Position numbers and translations under genes: made by a program
Assembly (NCBI GenBank): GCA_029245725.1
Contig: JAQWOT010000201.1
Location: 3,059-67,058, forward strand
DNA length: 64,000 nt
Source: SAR324 cluster bacterium
GTDB taxonomy: Bacteria; SAR324; NAC60-12
Direction: 5' to 3'
Notes under the pieces: model-generated
The model's input: the letters and a program-made list of their open reading frames with translations, nothing else
What the model was told of the DNA's origin: nothing
The model's database searches: none
Shown: positions 50,108-60,214 of the stretch, in pieces
Layout: each line of letters begins with the position of its first letter
Position numbering within the stretch: position 1 is the first letter of the stretch

Positions 50108-50821
50108 ATGAATTTTGCCGTAGTCCAAGATTTGGACTCAAAGCAGAGAAACTGGCTGGCAGAAGTAATGGTTGGTATCATCACGATTGATGGTAAAGTA
50201 GATGATGCAGAACTTCCCTACCTGCAGAAGGCAATGGAGTTGGTTGAGAGCCAGGAACTCAAAGAGAAACTACTTTCGGTGGCTAGGTTAGAAAGGAAAG
50301 TTCGAGTCCATTCAATTCAGCTGGATGGAGAACTAGCGTTTGAGATACTAAAGCTACTGGCCGGCATCATGATTGTAGATGGTCGTCTACTTCCCAGTGA
50401 AATAAATTTCTTTTATGAGGTCGGCCATCGACTTGGCTTACCAGATCAAGCTCTTGAGAAACTCTGGAAAACCGCAAGGCGTGAGATGGAAGATCGTTGT
50501 CCTCGAGCCGTTGCAAGGCTGGGTGAGGAAGCACGGGTTGTTGCTCTCCAGCAGATCAACTTGGAACGTGCAACATTTCGCTATCATCGTCCGGTGGTTA
50601 AGGGTGCACATGGTTCATTGAGCCTGCAGCAGCTCCCAGATGCAGATCCAGATATTGAAAAGGATTGGTACTCGTCTCTGAGTGGCAGGGTGATTAGTAC
50701 ACACCAGCATGTGAAGGATCCCAAAAGCTTTCTGCTACGGTTTGAATTCACCCAAACACTGCGGGATGATCATGGATTGTTGCAGTTACTCGGAATTTCA
50801 ACTAGGGAGAAAGGAAAGTGA
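50108..50821 (+). CDS. TerB-like + PilZ-like protein, paralog of the N-terminal half of 7486..9006
   Basis: IDGKVDDAEL, IVDGRLLPSEI, LWKTAR, HGLLQLL; RBS GGAGG. Confidence 0.78.
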   Translation: MNFAVVQDLDSKQRNWLAEVMVGIITIDGKVDDAELPYLQKAMELVESQELKEKLLSVARLERKVRVHSIQLDGELAFEILKLLAGIMIVDGRLLPSEINFFYEVGHRLGLPDQALEKLWKTARREMEDRCPRAVARLGEEARVVALQQINLERATFRYHRPVVKGAHGSLSLQQLPDADPDIEKDWYSSLSGRVISTHQHVKDPKSFLLRFEFTQTLRDDHGLLQLLGISTREKGK

Positions 50822-50864
50822 GAGCAGGCTTCCAAGTGGATCCTGAAAGCCTTTTTTCGATGAA

Positions 50865-52145
50865 TCAGTGGCCGTGCCAAGACTTACATAGATGCTTGTC
50901 TGAAATGGGCAGCAGTGGCACCTGCTCCAAGAAAGCAACGTAGCAGAGGAAGAAAGCTCCACCGAAGCCCAGAGTGATTAGTAACTCATGGAATCCGAGT
51001 AGAATGTGATAGTGCCCGAAGTGTTGCAATGAAGGAACGACCATCATGTAAACAGCCAACCATTGTCCAATCGCAACGTAGATTCCCATGAATCTGATAT
51101 AATTGGGAGTGCGACACAAAGTTTTAGGCATCAATCCCAGGAAAACAGACACAAAGAGCCATAAGAACAGAATCAAAAATAGAGTTGACCAAGGCTCTGT
51201 TTGGGATCGGATTACCAAGTATGGTGTTTCCTCCGGAAGATCTGCATACCAAATCACAATGTATTGTGAAAAGGCCATGTATGTCCAAAGCAACGAGAAC
51301 GCAAAGACCAATTTTGTCAGATCATGCAATCTATTGATTGTGATGTATTCTGCAAGGACTTTTGAATGATTCCGAACGGTCACAGCGATGGCAATCAGAA
51401 TGCCCATTGTTGCTTGTAAATTCCCAATCAAGAAGAATACACCAAAAAGTGTACTGAACCATTCTTGATCAAGCGTCATCACAAAATCCCATACCAAAAA
51501 TGAACCACCGATTGCATAGAGCAATGCCAGTGCGGGCGCAATACGTGAGGATAGTTGGTTCAGTCGAGTAACTTCGTCTTCCTGATCTCCGTATCCATCC
51601 AACAATTTATCAGCCAGCACTCCACCCCAGCGAGAGCCCATAATCCTTCGGGCAAGTCCTAAATCTGGCTTGATAGAAGTCACAACGAACCAATATGAGA
51701 TTCCATAAAGCAAGAGCAGCCAGAAAATATTGCGGATGACAAAGAATTCAATATTCAACCAACCAGCTTTGACAGCTACTCCATGGTGCATGAATGGGGT
51801 GTGTGTCCACTCGTAAAGAACAGTGCTCCCGAAGAACACTAGAATAAACATCACGAAGGCAACAGGCAGGAAAGCAGCACAGGCTTCTGCAAGTCGTTTG
51901 AAAGGACGTCCCCATTTGGCATCAGTAATCTGCCAGATTACGGAGAGAATCACACCAGCCTGGGCAATACCTCCCCAAAACATTACGTTGATCAATAAAG
52001 TTTGCCATGTCCGTGTAATTCCTTCCTCATTACCGGTTGCTAAGCCAATCACGAACATGCCTGCACCAAGTAATACAAAGGCCCAGAGTACCGTCTTCAA
52101 ACTCTTGGGTAGTTCAATCTGAGAGTGTTCGATAATCTCTTTCAT
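50865..52145 (-). CDS. actF: Alternative complex III subunit ActF
   Basis: Polytopic membrane protein; WGRPFKRLAE, WDFVMTLDQEWFSTLFG, WTYMAFSQYIVIWYADLPEE; last gene of the act operon. Confidence 0.88.
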   Translation of the reverse strand: MKEIIEHSQIELPKSLKTVLWAFVLLGAGMFVIGLATGNEEGITRTWQTLLINVMFWGGIAQAGVILSVIWQITDAKWGRPFKRLAEACAAFLPVAFVMFILVFFGSTVLYEWTHTPFMHHGVAVKAGWLNIEFFVIRNIFWLLLLYGISYWFVVTSIKPDLGLARRIMGSRWGGVLADKLLDGYGDQEDEVTRLNQLSSRIAPALALLYAIGGSFLVWDFVMTLDQEWFSTLFGVFFLIGNLQATMGILIAIAVTVRNHSKVLAEYITINRLHDLTKLVFAFSLLWTYMAFSQYIVIWYADLPEETPYLVIRSQTEPWSTLFLILFLWLFVSVFLGLMPKTLCRTPNYIRFMGIYVAIGQWLAVYMMVVPSLQHFGHYHILLGFHELLITLGFGGAFFLCYVAFLEQVPLLPISDKHLCKSWHGH

Positions 52146-52819
52146 TGCACCATGGCTCCTTTTCCAAACGCGTCGCTCATCATGTAATTGACCATATCCC
52201 AGCGGTCTTGCACTGAAGTCTGGGCTCCATAGGCAGGCATGTAGCCACGAGGCTCCTGAAAGAAACTGCCGTACTTGATCTTGTTGTAGAGGTGTGGGCC
52301 CCACTCAGGATTCTTTACCATCTGATCAATTGCTGGTGCAGGGACTCCTTTTTCAACCACAACGGTCTTAGCCAATCCATCTGTACCATGACAGGCAGCG
52401 CAGTAGGTGTCGTAGAGGACTTGTCCTCTAGCAATAGATATTGCTGTAGGTTGTCCTGGATTTTTTGGAAAGTATTCTCGCGGATGTCCTGCTTTTCCTG
52501 CGCCATCTCCTGCAATTGCAGGGATGAACGGATCGTAAATGCGCTGAATCTTGTTTAGGGAAATTTTGACGGGTACCGAATCTTGTGGAAACTGTTCGTA
52601 GCTTCCCTCTTCCATGGGTTTTAGGCTCTTCCCATCGTACATGTCTCGATAGAAAGGGTAGTCCTTTCCATCAAACCAAGGTTTGTCATCATTGGTAATC
52701 CCATAACCCGTATCCTTCGGATCGAAATAGGGGTAGTTGTCAACAGCAAAGACTACTCCACCTAGAGCTAGCATCGCAAAGGTTGTAGTAATCAGGCGCA
52801 CCTTAGCCTTTCTCAACAT
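52142..52819 (-). CDS. actE: Alternative complex III monoheme cytochrome ActE
   Basis: RDMYD, RGQVLYDTYCAACHG, MPAYG, DRWDMVNY. Confidence 0.85.
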   Translation of the reverse strand: MLRKAKVRLITTTFAMLALGGVVFAVDNYPYFDPKDTGYGITNDDKPWFDGKDYPFYRDMYDGKSLKPMEEGSYEQFPQDSVPVKISLNKIQRIYDPFIPAIAGDGAGKAGHPREYFPKNPGQPTAISIARGQVLYDTYCAACHGTDGLAKTVVVEKGVPAPAIDQMVKNPEWGPHLYNKIKYGSFFQEPRGYMPAYGAQTSVQDRWDMVNYMMSDAFGKGAMVQ

Positions 52820-53327
52820 AAACCTCCTCTGCTTGATATTTTTTTAACAAATCCTCATAGAGTGTATATTGCGAAGCTTCACAGCGCACCACGATTCCGA
52901 AGCGATCTCGCTGGAAGCGTAAGTACTCTCGTGCTGCTTTGGGAATTGGATTTTTTAGCGAGTCGATAATGATCAAAATCGTCAGTCCGAGCAGTGTAAA
53001 AATGGCGGCATGAAGAATTGTCATCTCAAACCCGATGATAGTGAATGGTGTAATCGTCACAATCGGCTTTCCTCCCACAGGAAGTACCCAATCCGAAGCG
53101 GTCCAAGCTGGTAGGCTATAGCCAATCAGGCAGCCTAGCGCTCCGAAAAAGAGAGAGATAAACGGAACGGGACTCTGCGGTTCACCTAGCGCATGATCGA
53201 TTTCATGTCGAGGACAGGGTGAAAGTACGGTCGGTTCAACACCTTTTTTTCTCAATTCTTCAATTGCTTCTGTGGTGTCATCTAGGTATTCAAAAGTTCC
53301 CCAGACTCCTGAGAACTTAGTGCTCAT
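52803..53327 (-). CDS. actD: Alternative complex III subunit ActD (DUF3341)
   Basis: Two TM helices, DWVLPVGGKP, FEMTIL, DRFGI. Confidence 0.88.
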   Translation of the reverse strand: MSTKFSGVWGTFEYLDDTTEAIEELRKKGVEPTVLSPCPRHEIDHALGEPQSPVPFISLFFGALGCLIGYSLPAWTASDWVLPVGGKPIVTITPFTIIGFEMTILHAAIFTLLGLTILIIIDSLKNPIPKAAREYLRFQRDRFGIVVRCEASQYTLYEDLLKKYQAEEVYVEKG

Positions 53328-54795
53328 GATGTCCCTTTCTCATTGGAGGCTCAGCCGCCTCTTTCAATTCCATGATTGCCATCGGTGGTAAAGCTTTTAC
53401 GAATAGACTAAACAGCGTGAAGAAGAAGCCGAAGCTTCCAATTGTGATACCAACTTCCACCAAAGTTGGCCAGTACTCTCCCCAGTTGTAAGGATGAAAA
53501 TCACGCTGCAGTGAACTACCAACGATATTGAATCGCTCAAACCACATACCCACGTTGATCAGACCACAAATGATCCAAACTGCGACCAAGTTATTGCGAA
53601 CTTTTTTACGCCACAGAGGAATGGGGGCGATGACGTTACAGAAGACCATCAAGTAGAAGGCTAACAGTGGAAAAGAGACGGGTTGATCACCGGTGAGTGA
53701 CCAAGTGGCCATGTGTCCAAATGGCCTGAAGTAGAAGACGGCACGTTCATAGGGGCTACCACTGTACCAAGCGATGAAGAACTCGGTCGCATAGGCATAC
53801 CCTACAATCATCGAGGTAAACAGGATCACCTGACAAACTTTGTTGACTACGTGATAGCTGATGTAGTCCTCCAATCGGAACACCACCCTTACTGGAATGA
53901 GCACGGTCATTACCATTGCCAGTCCAGAGAAAATTGCTCCTGCAACAAAATAAGGTGCAAAAATAGTGGTGTGCCAGCCAGGAATCGATGCCATTGCGAA
54001 GTCCCAAGACACGATGGAGTGGACTGAGAAAACCAAGGGTGTCGCCAAAGCTGCAAAAATCAAGTAGCCCCGCATGAAGTGCACCCACTGGTGGTTCGTT
54101 CCACGCCAACTCATCGCAAAGATAGCATATATTTTAGCCTGGAGCATCTTGCCTCTCCTTTTGGCTTCATCTCGCATGATTGCCATGTCAGGAACCAATC
54201 CCAACAAAAAGAACATGATAGAAACGGACATGTAGGTCGTAACCGCGAAAACATCCCAAGCTAGGGGAGATTTGAAGTTCACCCAGAGGTAGCGCTCATT
54301 CGGATAGGGAATCAGCCAATATGCTAACCAAGGGCGACCAGTATGCAGGAGTGGGAATAGCCCTGCCGTCATTACGGCAAAGACAGTCATTGCCTCGGCA
54401 CTGCGATAAATCGCGGTTCTCCATGGTGCTCGGGTCAAGTAAAAGACAGCCGAGATCAGTGTTCCTGCGTGGCCGATGCCAATCCAAAAAACGAAGTCAG
54501 TGATGTAGAAGCCCCAGGCGATGGGGTGGCTGATCCCGCTATTCCCAATCCCAACATCAACTTGTATCGCTAGGCTGACTGCACCAAGTAGCAGAGCAGA
54601 GAGGAAACCCAACACAAGTAGAAAGTAGGAAGGATGCGGCTTTTCAAGCATCTCCACCATATCATCGTTGATCCGGGCGTAATTGAAGGTGGTTGCCCGA
54701 ATACCGGGGTGCCCCTTGTGCTCGTCAATTTCTTCGCGAAAAGGACGATTACTTGAGGTGTCCGTTACCGTTCCCCCAATCGTTGTGGAAGCCAT
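53317..54795 (-). CDS. actC: Alternative complex III subunit ActC (NrfD family)
   Basis: FVFWIGIGHAGTLISA, RSAEAMT, HTGRPW, SPLAWD, SVHSIVSWDFA, GWHTTIFAPYFVAGA. Confidence 0.93.
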   Translation of the reverse strand: MASTTIGGTVTDTSSNRPFREEIDEHKGHPGIRATTFNYARINDDMVEMLEKPHPSYFLLVLGFLSALLLGAVSLAIQVDVGIGNSGISHPIAWGFYITDFVFWIGIGHAGTLISAVFYLTRAPWRTAIYRSAEAMTVFAVMTAGLFPLLHTGRPWLAYWLIPYPNERYLWVNFKSPLAWDVFAVTTYMSVSIMFFLLGLVPDMAIMRDEAKRRGKMLQAKIYAIFAMSWRGTNHQWVHFMRGYLIFAALATPLVFSVHSIVSWDFAMASIPGWHTTIFAPYFVAGAIFSGLAMVMTVLIPVRVVFRLEDYISYHVVNKVCQVILFTSMIVGYAYATEFFIAWYSGSPYERAVFYFRPFGHMATWSLTGDQPVSFPLLAFYLMVFCNVIAPIPLWRKKVRNNLVAVWIICGLINVGMWFERFNIVGSSLQRDFHPYNWGEYWPTLVEVGITIGSFGFFFTLFSLFVKALPPMAIMELKEAAEPPMRKGHHEH

Positions 54796-54827
54796 TAATA
54801 TCTCCTGTTTTGAGAGTAAGCTGTGGT

Positions 54828-57815
54828 TCAGTGAGCCACGCCGTGTTCGTTACCATACAAGCCTACGACCTCTTTGTGGTTGACCTTGCGCAAATAGGTC
54901 ACCGCAGGCTTGTAGTTCATTTCTGGGAAAATCTCATACTGGCGATCACGATTTTCTTTGTCGGGATCAGCGAGTAGATCCGGCTTTCTCTTGGCTAGTT
55001 GCGATACTTTGCTGTTTGGGTCAGCTAGGTTGCCAAATGTAATGGCTTTGGTTGGGCAGGTCTGCTGGCAGGCGGTTACGACTTCACCATCTTGTACATC
55101 TCTATCTAGATCGCGCGCTGCATACTTGGCCTCTGTCAAACGATGTACGCAGAAATTGCATTTTTCCATTACTCCCACTGCTCGAGTAGTGATGCTCGAG
55201 TTCAGTTGCTGATCTAGTGGAGCAGGGAACTCATAGTCAAACCAGTTGTATCGTCGAGCCTTATAAATGCAGTTATTAGAGCAATAGCGTGTTCCGACAC
55301 AACGATTGTAGATCATTGCGTTGAGGCCCTCTGGGTTGTGGTAGGTTGCATAGACCGGGCAGACAGGTTCACAACCAGCGTTGCTACACTGTTGGCACAT
55401 GACTGGTGTGAAGCGAGTTTCAGTTTCATCCTGGTAGCCTTCAAGGTAACGCTCCATTCGAATCCAGGACATTTCCCGGCCAACTGCAGCGCGCTCTTTA
55501 CCGACTACAGGGATGTTGTTTTCTGCGTAGCAAGCGACAACACAGGCACTACAGCCGTTACAGCGGTCCAAGTCTACCGTCATTCCCCAGCGATAAGGTT
55601 TATAATAGGTTGCTGTCTCAGAACGGTCTGGATAGAACTCAACAATTTCCTTCGGACGATGGTGCCCGCCTCCGTGGTTTGCTTTGTCACTAGTCAGAGC
55701 CGCTACCGTTGTAGCTGCAGCAATGTCACGACCCAACTGACGTGGGTTACCGTCCAGATTGACGGTGTAAGACTTAATAGTGGTTGGCACTACTTCTGCC
55801 TTCGTGCTGATGAATGCTAGATTACCAGTTTGGGCATCAGTCTTAGCAGGCAACAGGTTCATTACGTTGATACCGAAACCATCTGCTACAATGCCACTTG
55901 ATGTATGCCCTTGACCAATCGGAATGGCGACAGCCTCTCGGTGAATGCCATAGCTAAGGTATACAGTAGCGTTCAGGCTGCCTTGTGGTGTACGGACTTC
56001 AACGACACTTCGCTCCTTAATGCCTAGTTTTTTTGCAGTATCAGGATGGATTTCAGCCCAGGAGTCCCAAACTATTTGGCTGATTGGATGCGGTGTTTCC
56101 TGCAGCCAAGGTTTGTTTGCTCCGCTACCGTCGAAGTGGAATACAGAAGGTGCTGGAATGAGTGCCAAACCGCTTCCTCCAAGAGATGGTGCCTGATACG
56201 CAACACTAGTTACCTCATTTTGTAGGCTGATTGCGCTGCTCCAGCGTGGTGCCTCAAAAACTCCTCCATTTTCCAGAGTCTTGATCCAAAAGTTCTCAAA
56301 CGAACCAAAGTAACGACTTTGATGAACTTGAGCCCAGCGTTCATAAATATAATCACGGTAATTCGTGATTTCGGCAAAAGCCTGTGGATTGATCTGCTTT
56401 GCTGCAGCGATCATCACATCTTCACGAGTTCGTGCATCAAACGTGTTGACGGGAGCCATCACCGGTTGCTGAATGCTGAATATACCAGGACTTGGCATGG
56501 CATCTCCCCAGCTTTCGTAAGCAGTGAGGGCTGGGAGTACTAGGGTTGCCTGCTGGTTAGTTTCATTTTTACCTGCAGCAAGAGCAACGACCTTAGTCTT
56601 TTTCATTGCTTGTGCGAATCCAAGACTTGCTGGCAAGGTATGCAGGGGATTTGAATCATCAACAATTAGTAATTTGACTTTCCCAGCATTGAGATCCGAC
56701 AGTAATTGTAAGATTTGACTGTGAGATGTGTTTTCGCTGGGTTGTTCAGATTCATGAAATCTCAGAGTTTTGCCAAGATTACCTGCCGCTGCGTTCAGGA
56801 TGAAGACAGCAACTTGTGTAGCTGTTGCCTGCTCACTGCTATTCCATGTGCCACCAGCTACTGCAAGAGAGGAAGCTTGATGAAACTCTTCGGCAAGAGT
56901 TTGGATTTTTTCTGCTGAGATGCCTGTCTCACCAGCAACAAGTTCTGGTGAATAGGGAGATAGGTAATCACTCAGAAAGTCATGATGGGGATCACGCTGA
57001 TGAATAGCATGGGCCATAGCCAGAGCGATCATCGCTTCTGTACCGGGGTTGGCTGGCAACCACTCGTCAGCTCTTGCTCCACTTAGTGACTGATGAGGGC
57101 CAACGTGGACACATCGGTTTTTCTTTCCATCATTGTAGGCGTGCATATCGGCAAAGCGCCGAGCATTTTGCACAGTATTGCCCCAAGTTTCGATGAAATC
57201 TGCACCGAAGTTAACTAGTAATTCAGCATTTTCAAAAGCGTAGTCAGGAAGATCACTTCTTCCAAAGGCAATCTCGCAAGCACGTTGCTCTGCGGCGCGA
57301 CTGATGAGACTGAAGGCCAAACGCTTTCCACCACCGACTTCATTTAGCCAATTGTCGATAAAGTTGCCTTCGCTACCAACAGCAGGTCTACCTAAGTAGA
57401 CAATCTGACCTGCAGATTGTTGTACCAGATTTACAAATTCACTCTGAGCATCTTCCCAAGAGACGTTGTTACCCCCAGAAGTAGGCCGAGCATGTCGTTC
57501 TGGATTGTACAGAGTTTGTAGGGAAGCTTGGCCTCTTGCACAGAGCGCCCCTTGGTTATGAGGATGGTTCGGGTTTCCTTCCGCTTTTTGAGCTCTGTAT
57601 TCGCGAGTAGTGATCATCATCCCACAAGCAGCATCACATTCCCGACAAGTGGTCATATACTGGTAGCCAGTATTTGGCATGTATTCGAAGTCGACAGGGG
57701 GAACCAAAGCTGGAATGATTTTTTCTGGTTTTTGTTCACAACCAGCTGCTACAGCAGTTGTTCCACCTATTGCCATGAACTTGAAAAGATTACGTCGACT
57801 GAGGCCTTTTTTCAT
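54828..57815 (-). CDS. actB: Alternative complex III subunit ActB (molybdopterin-oxidoreductase-like + Fe-S domain)
   Basis: Tat signal SRRNLFK and lipobox AAGC; WLQETPHP; CNGCSACVVAC, CQQCSNAGCEPVCP, CVGTRYCSNNC, RAVGVMEKCNFC. Confidence 0.92.
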   Translation of the reverse strand: MKKGLSRRNLFKFMAIGGTTAVAAGCEQKPEKIIPALVPPVDFEYMPNTGYQYMTTCRECDAACGMMITTREYRAQKAEGNPNHPHNQGALCARGQASLQTLYNPERHARPTSGGNNVSWEDAQSEFVNLVQQSAGQIVYLGRPAVGSEGNFIDNWLNEVGGGKRLAFSLISRAAEQRACEIAFGRSDLPDYAFENAELLVNFGADFIETWGNTVQNARRFADMHAYNDGKKNRCVHVGPHQSLSGARADEWLPANPGTEAMIALAMAHAIHQRDPHHDFLSDYLSPYSPELVAGETGISAEKIQTLAEEFHQASSLAVAGGTWNSSEQATATQVAVFILNAAAGNLGKTLRFHESEQPSENTSHSQILQLLSDLNAGKVKLLIVDDSNPLHTLPASLGFAQAMKKTKVVALAAGKNETNQQATLVLPALTAYESWGDAMPSPGIFSIQQPVMAPVNTFDARTREDVMIAAAKQINPQAFAEITNYRDYIYERWAQVHQSRYFGSFENFWIKTLENGGVFEAPRWSSAISLQNEVTSVAYQAPSLGGSGLALIPAPSVFHFDGSGANKPWLQETPHPISQIVWDSWAEIHPDTAKKLGIKERSVVEVRTPQGSLNATVYLSYGIHREAVAIPIGQGHTSSGIVADGFGINVMNLLPAKTDAQTGNLAFISTKAEVVPTTIKSYTVNLDGNPRQLGRDIAAATTVAALTSDKANHGGGHHRPKEIVEFYPDRSETATYYKPYRWGMTVDLDRCNGCSACVVACYAENNIPVVGKERAAVGREMSWIRMERYLEGYQDETETRFTPVMCQQCSNAGCEPVCPVYATYHNPEGLNAMIYNRCVGTRYCSNNCIYKARRYNWFDYEFPAPLDQQLNSSITTRAVGVMEKCNFCVHRLTEAKYAARDLDRDVQDGEVVTACQQTCPTKAITFGNLADPNSKVSQLAKRKPDLLADPDKENRDRQYEIFPEMNYKPAVTYLRKVNHKEVVGLYGNEHGVAH

Positions 57816-57832
57816 TTAAAAACTCCGAAGGA

Positions 57833-58600
57833 TCAATAGTGGCAGGTGTAACAATCAAGCAGATTTGGGTTATGGTAGTTTTGTTCATTCACCAAGTAAG
57901 ATTGGGCTTCTCTTCGGGCATCGTTCTCTTTGGCATTGTTCCATCCTGCCATTGTGCTCATAGCGCGCTTACGCTCAATAGCCCCTTCCACTTGTAAGTG
58001 GCACTGCATGCACCACCCCATCCCACCAAAATTCTGATCTACCACATGGGCAACTTCCATCTCCTGTACACTTCCATGACATGACTGACAGCGCTGGTCC
58101 CCTCCGTTTCGGAACAGCATCACCCTACAGGATAAGGAGCGAGGATCTGCATTCAGGTCACAATCGTTGCCGGCACCGGCTATGAAGCGACTTGCATCTG
58201 CATTGATGTGTTGTTTGTGAGGAAAGCGGACGAAGTCTGGAATGTCATGCAGCTTTACCCAGGGAATGGATTCTCCTTTTGACCAGAGATCACGCATTTT
58301 GTCTACTTCTGGGTGCTCAGCTTGTACCAATTCTTGTCCATGAGGACCATGACAACCAACGCAGGTACTTACAGGTGGAATTCCGGAAGAATGTGATCGC
58401 CGAGCATAGAGATGGCAGTATTGGCAAGCAATGCCATTCTGGCCAACATGTAGTTTGTGGCTGAAGGCGATGGGCTGTTCTTTTGGTTCAGTAGAGATCG
58501 GGAAGATTGCAAAAGAGTTCAGTGGAGAAAATAATAAAAACAAGGTTCCTAGCACGAGAGTGCTAACACCTAGTCGCAGTGAGATCAGATAGAATCGCAT
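57833..58600 (-). CDS. actA: Alternative complex III pentaheme cytochrome ActA
   Basis: QPIAFSHKLH, five CxxCH motifs (CQYCH, CVGCH, CQSCH, CMQCH, CYTCH), PDFVRFPH. Confidence 0.9.
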   Translation of the reverse strand: MRFYLISLRLGVSTLVLGTLFLLFSPLNSFAIFPISTEPKEQPIAFSHKLHVGQNGIACQYCHLYARRSHSSGIPPVSTCVGCHGPHGQELVQAEHPEVDKMRDLWSKGESIPWVKLHDIPDFVRFPHKQHINADASRFIAGAGNDCDLNADPRSLSCRVMLFRNGGDQRCQSCHGSVQEMEVAHVVDQNFGGMGWCMQCHLQVEGAIERKRAMSTMAGWNNAKENDARREAQSYLVNEQNYHNPNLLDCYTCHY

Positions 58601-58854
58601 GATACTCCAGTTATCGGTTGAGTACGGAAGTGAAATCAAAACCACACCGTTTGAGGAAGATTCAATTTAGTTCTAAAGGGCTGCCACACTGAAAAACATT
58701 TTTTTTGCTTAGCTGCAAGACCTTAGTTTGATATTTTTCAGTGATGGGTATGGAAGGATTCGCTGTTCTGCCAGAATATGAAAACAATCTGATTTTGTTA
58801 GGTGAGTCATCGTTTGCTGGAGAGGGATAAAAAAAGTCAATTTGGATCCGAAAG

Positions 58855-60180
58855 TTAGCGGGAAATCGAGAAGTGCGATAGATTTCGCCAAGGATTAGTC
58901 GGTCGCTTGCTCACGTGAATTTCATAATGCAGGTGTGAACTCGTGCTGCGCCCTGTATTACCAGTGTAGCCGAGTAGTTCTCCACGCTGAATGAATTGGT
59001 TTGCCTGTACCGCTAGACGGGACAAGTGACCATAGCGAGTCATGTAATCAGTGGGTTTGAAATTTTTTATTGAGATACCAGACCCATGATCAAGCTCTAC
59101 CAACAGTCCATATCCGGCTGCTGGTCCAGCTTTTCGGACAATTCCATCAGCTGGAGCATAGATTGGTGTTCCAGCAGGTCCTGAAAAATCTATGCCGCTA
59201 TGGAAAGCTGGCAGATTAGTAAACGGGTCACGTCTTCTGCCGTAGTGTGAGCTTACTGAAGGGTCTTCAACCGGGGCAATCGTCGGAGTACTTCGCCAGA
59301 GAATTTCATTACCAATGATTTCTTCGTAGAGACGCTCTAAGGAATGATGAGTCGAATGATAGGAGCTTAACTCTTGTTCTAAAATCACACGTGGATCCAG
59401 AGGCTCTGCACCCAATTGCTGCTCTTCTACGGGGAGTAAAGATTCTTCGAGAAAGGGACCACCTTTGCCCCCCTCGTTTTCAACAGGAGTCGCAGGAACT
59501 TCTGTCAACACACGAATGCCTGTGATCTCTTGAATTTTTTCTGTAAGTTGCCGTACCTCTTGTTCACGGGCTTGCATCAGTACGGCGTATTCAGCTAGCT
59601 CCTGCTGAGCAGCATTCAAATTTTGTTTTAAGTCCCAAATCTCTTCTTGGACCAACTCTGAGTTGACTAGAACAGTTAGATCTGCTTTCTGTGACAGCGT
59701 CAGGTGGTGAAAATCTTTGCTGATCATATTCAGCCAGTTGAGAGGATCTGCTTCAAGGACTTTGGTGTCCAGCAGCACAGCTCTACATTGATAAGATCCC
59801 TGCTGACAAGCTAGGGAATGGATCTGTTGGATGTGGTACAAAAGATTTTGCTGAGTGGCACTTTTCTTCTGGGAGTGCGTTTCCAAAGTAGCCAGTTGAT
59901 CACGTAGTTCCTGAACCCTGTTTTCCAAGACCTCAACGCGCTCAGCTTGGCTGGCTGCAATCTCCATTCTTTCGTGAATGTGAATCTGTTGTGATTGGCG
60001 TTGAGCATTCCATTGCTGTTGTTCATGCAACTGAACACTTTGCCAAATAACCATCCCACCCAAAAAAAGGAATAACCCTAATGCAAGCAGGACTGTGGTG
60101 ATCAGTGGTATAGGACGCAAAGGGAAGTGTGTGATGCCTGTTCCATTGTGCCGAAGCAACAGGATCGATAAATTCGGCAT
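58855..60180 (-). CDS. M23 family peptidase with TM anchor and long coiled coil
   Basis: SSHYGRRRDPFT, HSGIDF, YGHL, GNTGRST.SHLHYE; start uncertain (60180 or 60192). Confidence 0.9.
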   Translation of the reverse strand: MPNLSILLLRHNGTGITHFPLRPIPLITTVLLALGLFLFLGGMVIWQSVQLHEQQQWNAQRQSQQIHIHERMEIAASQAERVEVLENRVQELRDQLATLETHSQKKSATQQNLLYHIQQIHSLACQQGSYQCRAVLLDTKVLEADPLNWLNMISKDFHHLTLSQKADLTVLVNSELVQEEIWDLKQNLNAAQQELAEYAVLMQAREQEVRQLTEKIQEITGIRVLTEVPATPVENEGGKGGPFLEESLLPVEEQQLGAEPLDPRVILEQELSSYHSTHHSLERLYEEIIGNEILWRSTPTIAPVEDPSVSSHYGRRRDPFTNLPAFHSGIDFSGPAGTPIYAPADGIVRKAGPAAGYGLLVELDHGSGISIKNFKPTDYMTRYGHLSRLAVQANQFIQRGELLGYTGNTGRSTSSHLHYEIHVSKRPTNPWRNLSHFSISR

Positions 60181-60214
60181 TCGAAAACTCAAAAAAAGAT
60201 AGTTGCTCGAGCAA

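Noticed and set aside
52146-52304. N-terminal extension of ActF in the ORF track
   Set aside because: It overlaps actE; the ATGA-coupled start at 52145 fits better.
54828-57815. ActB as a true molybdoenzyme (polysulfide or nitrate reductase)
   Set aside because: The fused Fe-S domain and the actA/C/D/E/F context identify ACIII; Mo binding cannot be shown from the sequence.
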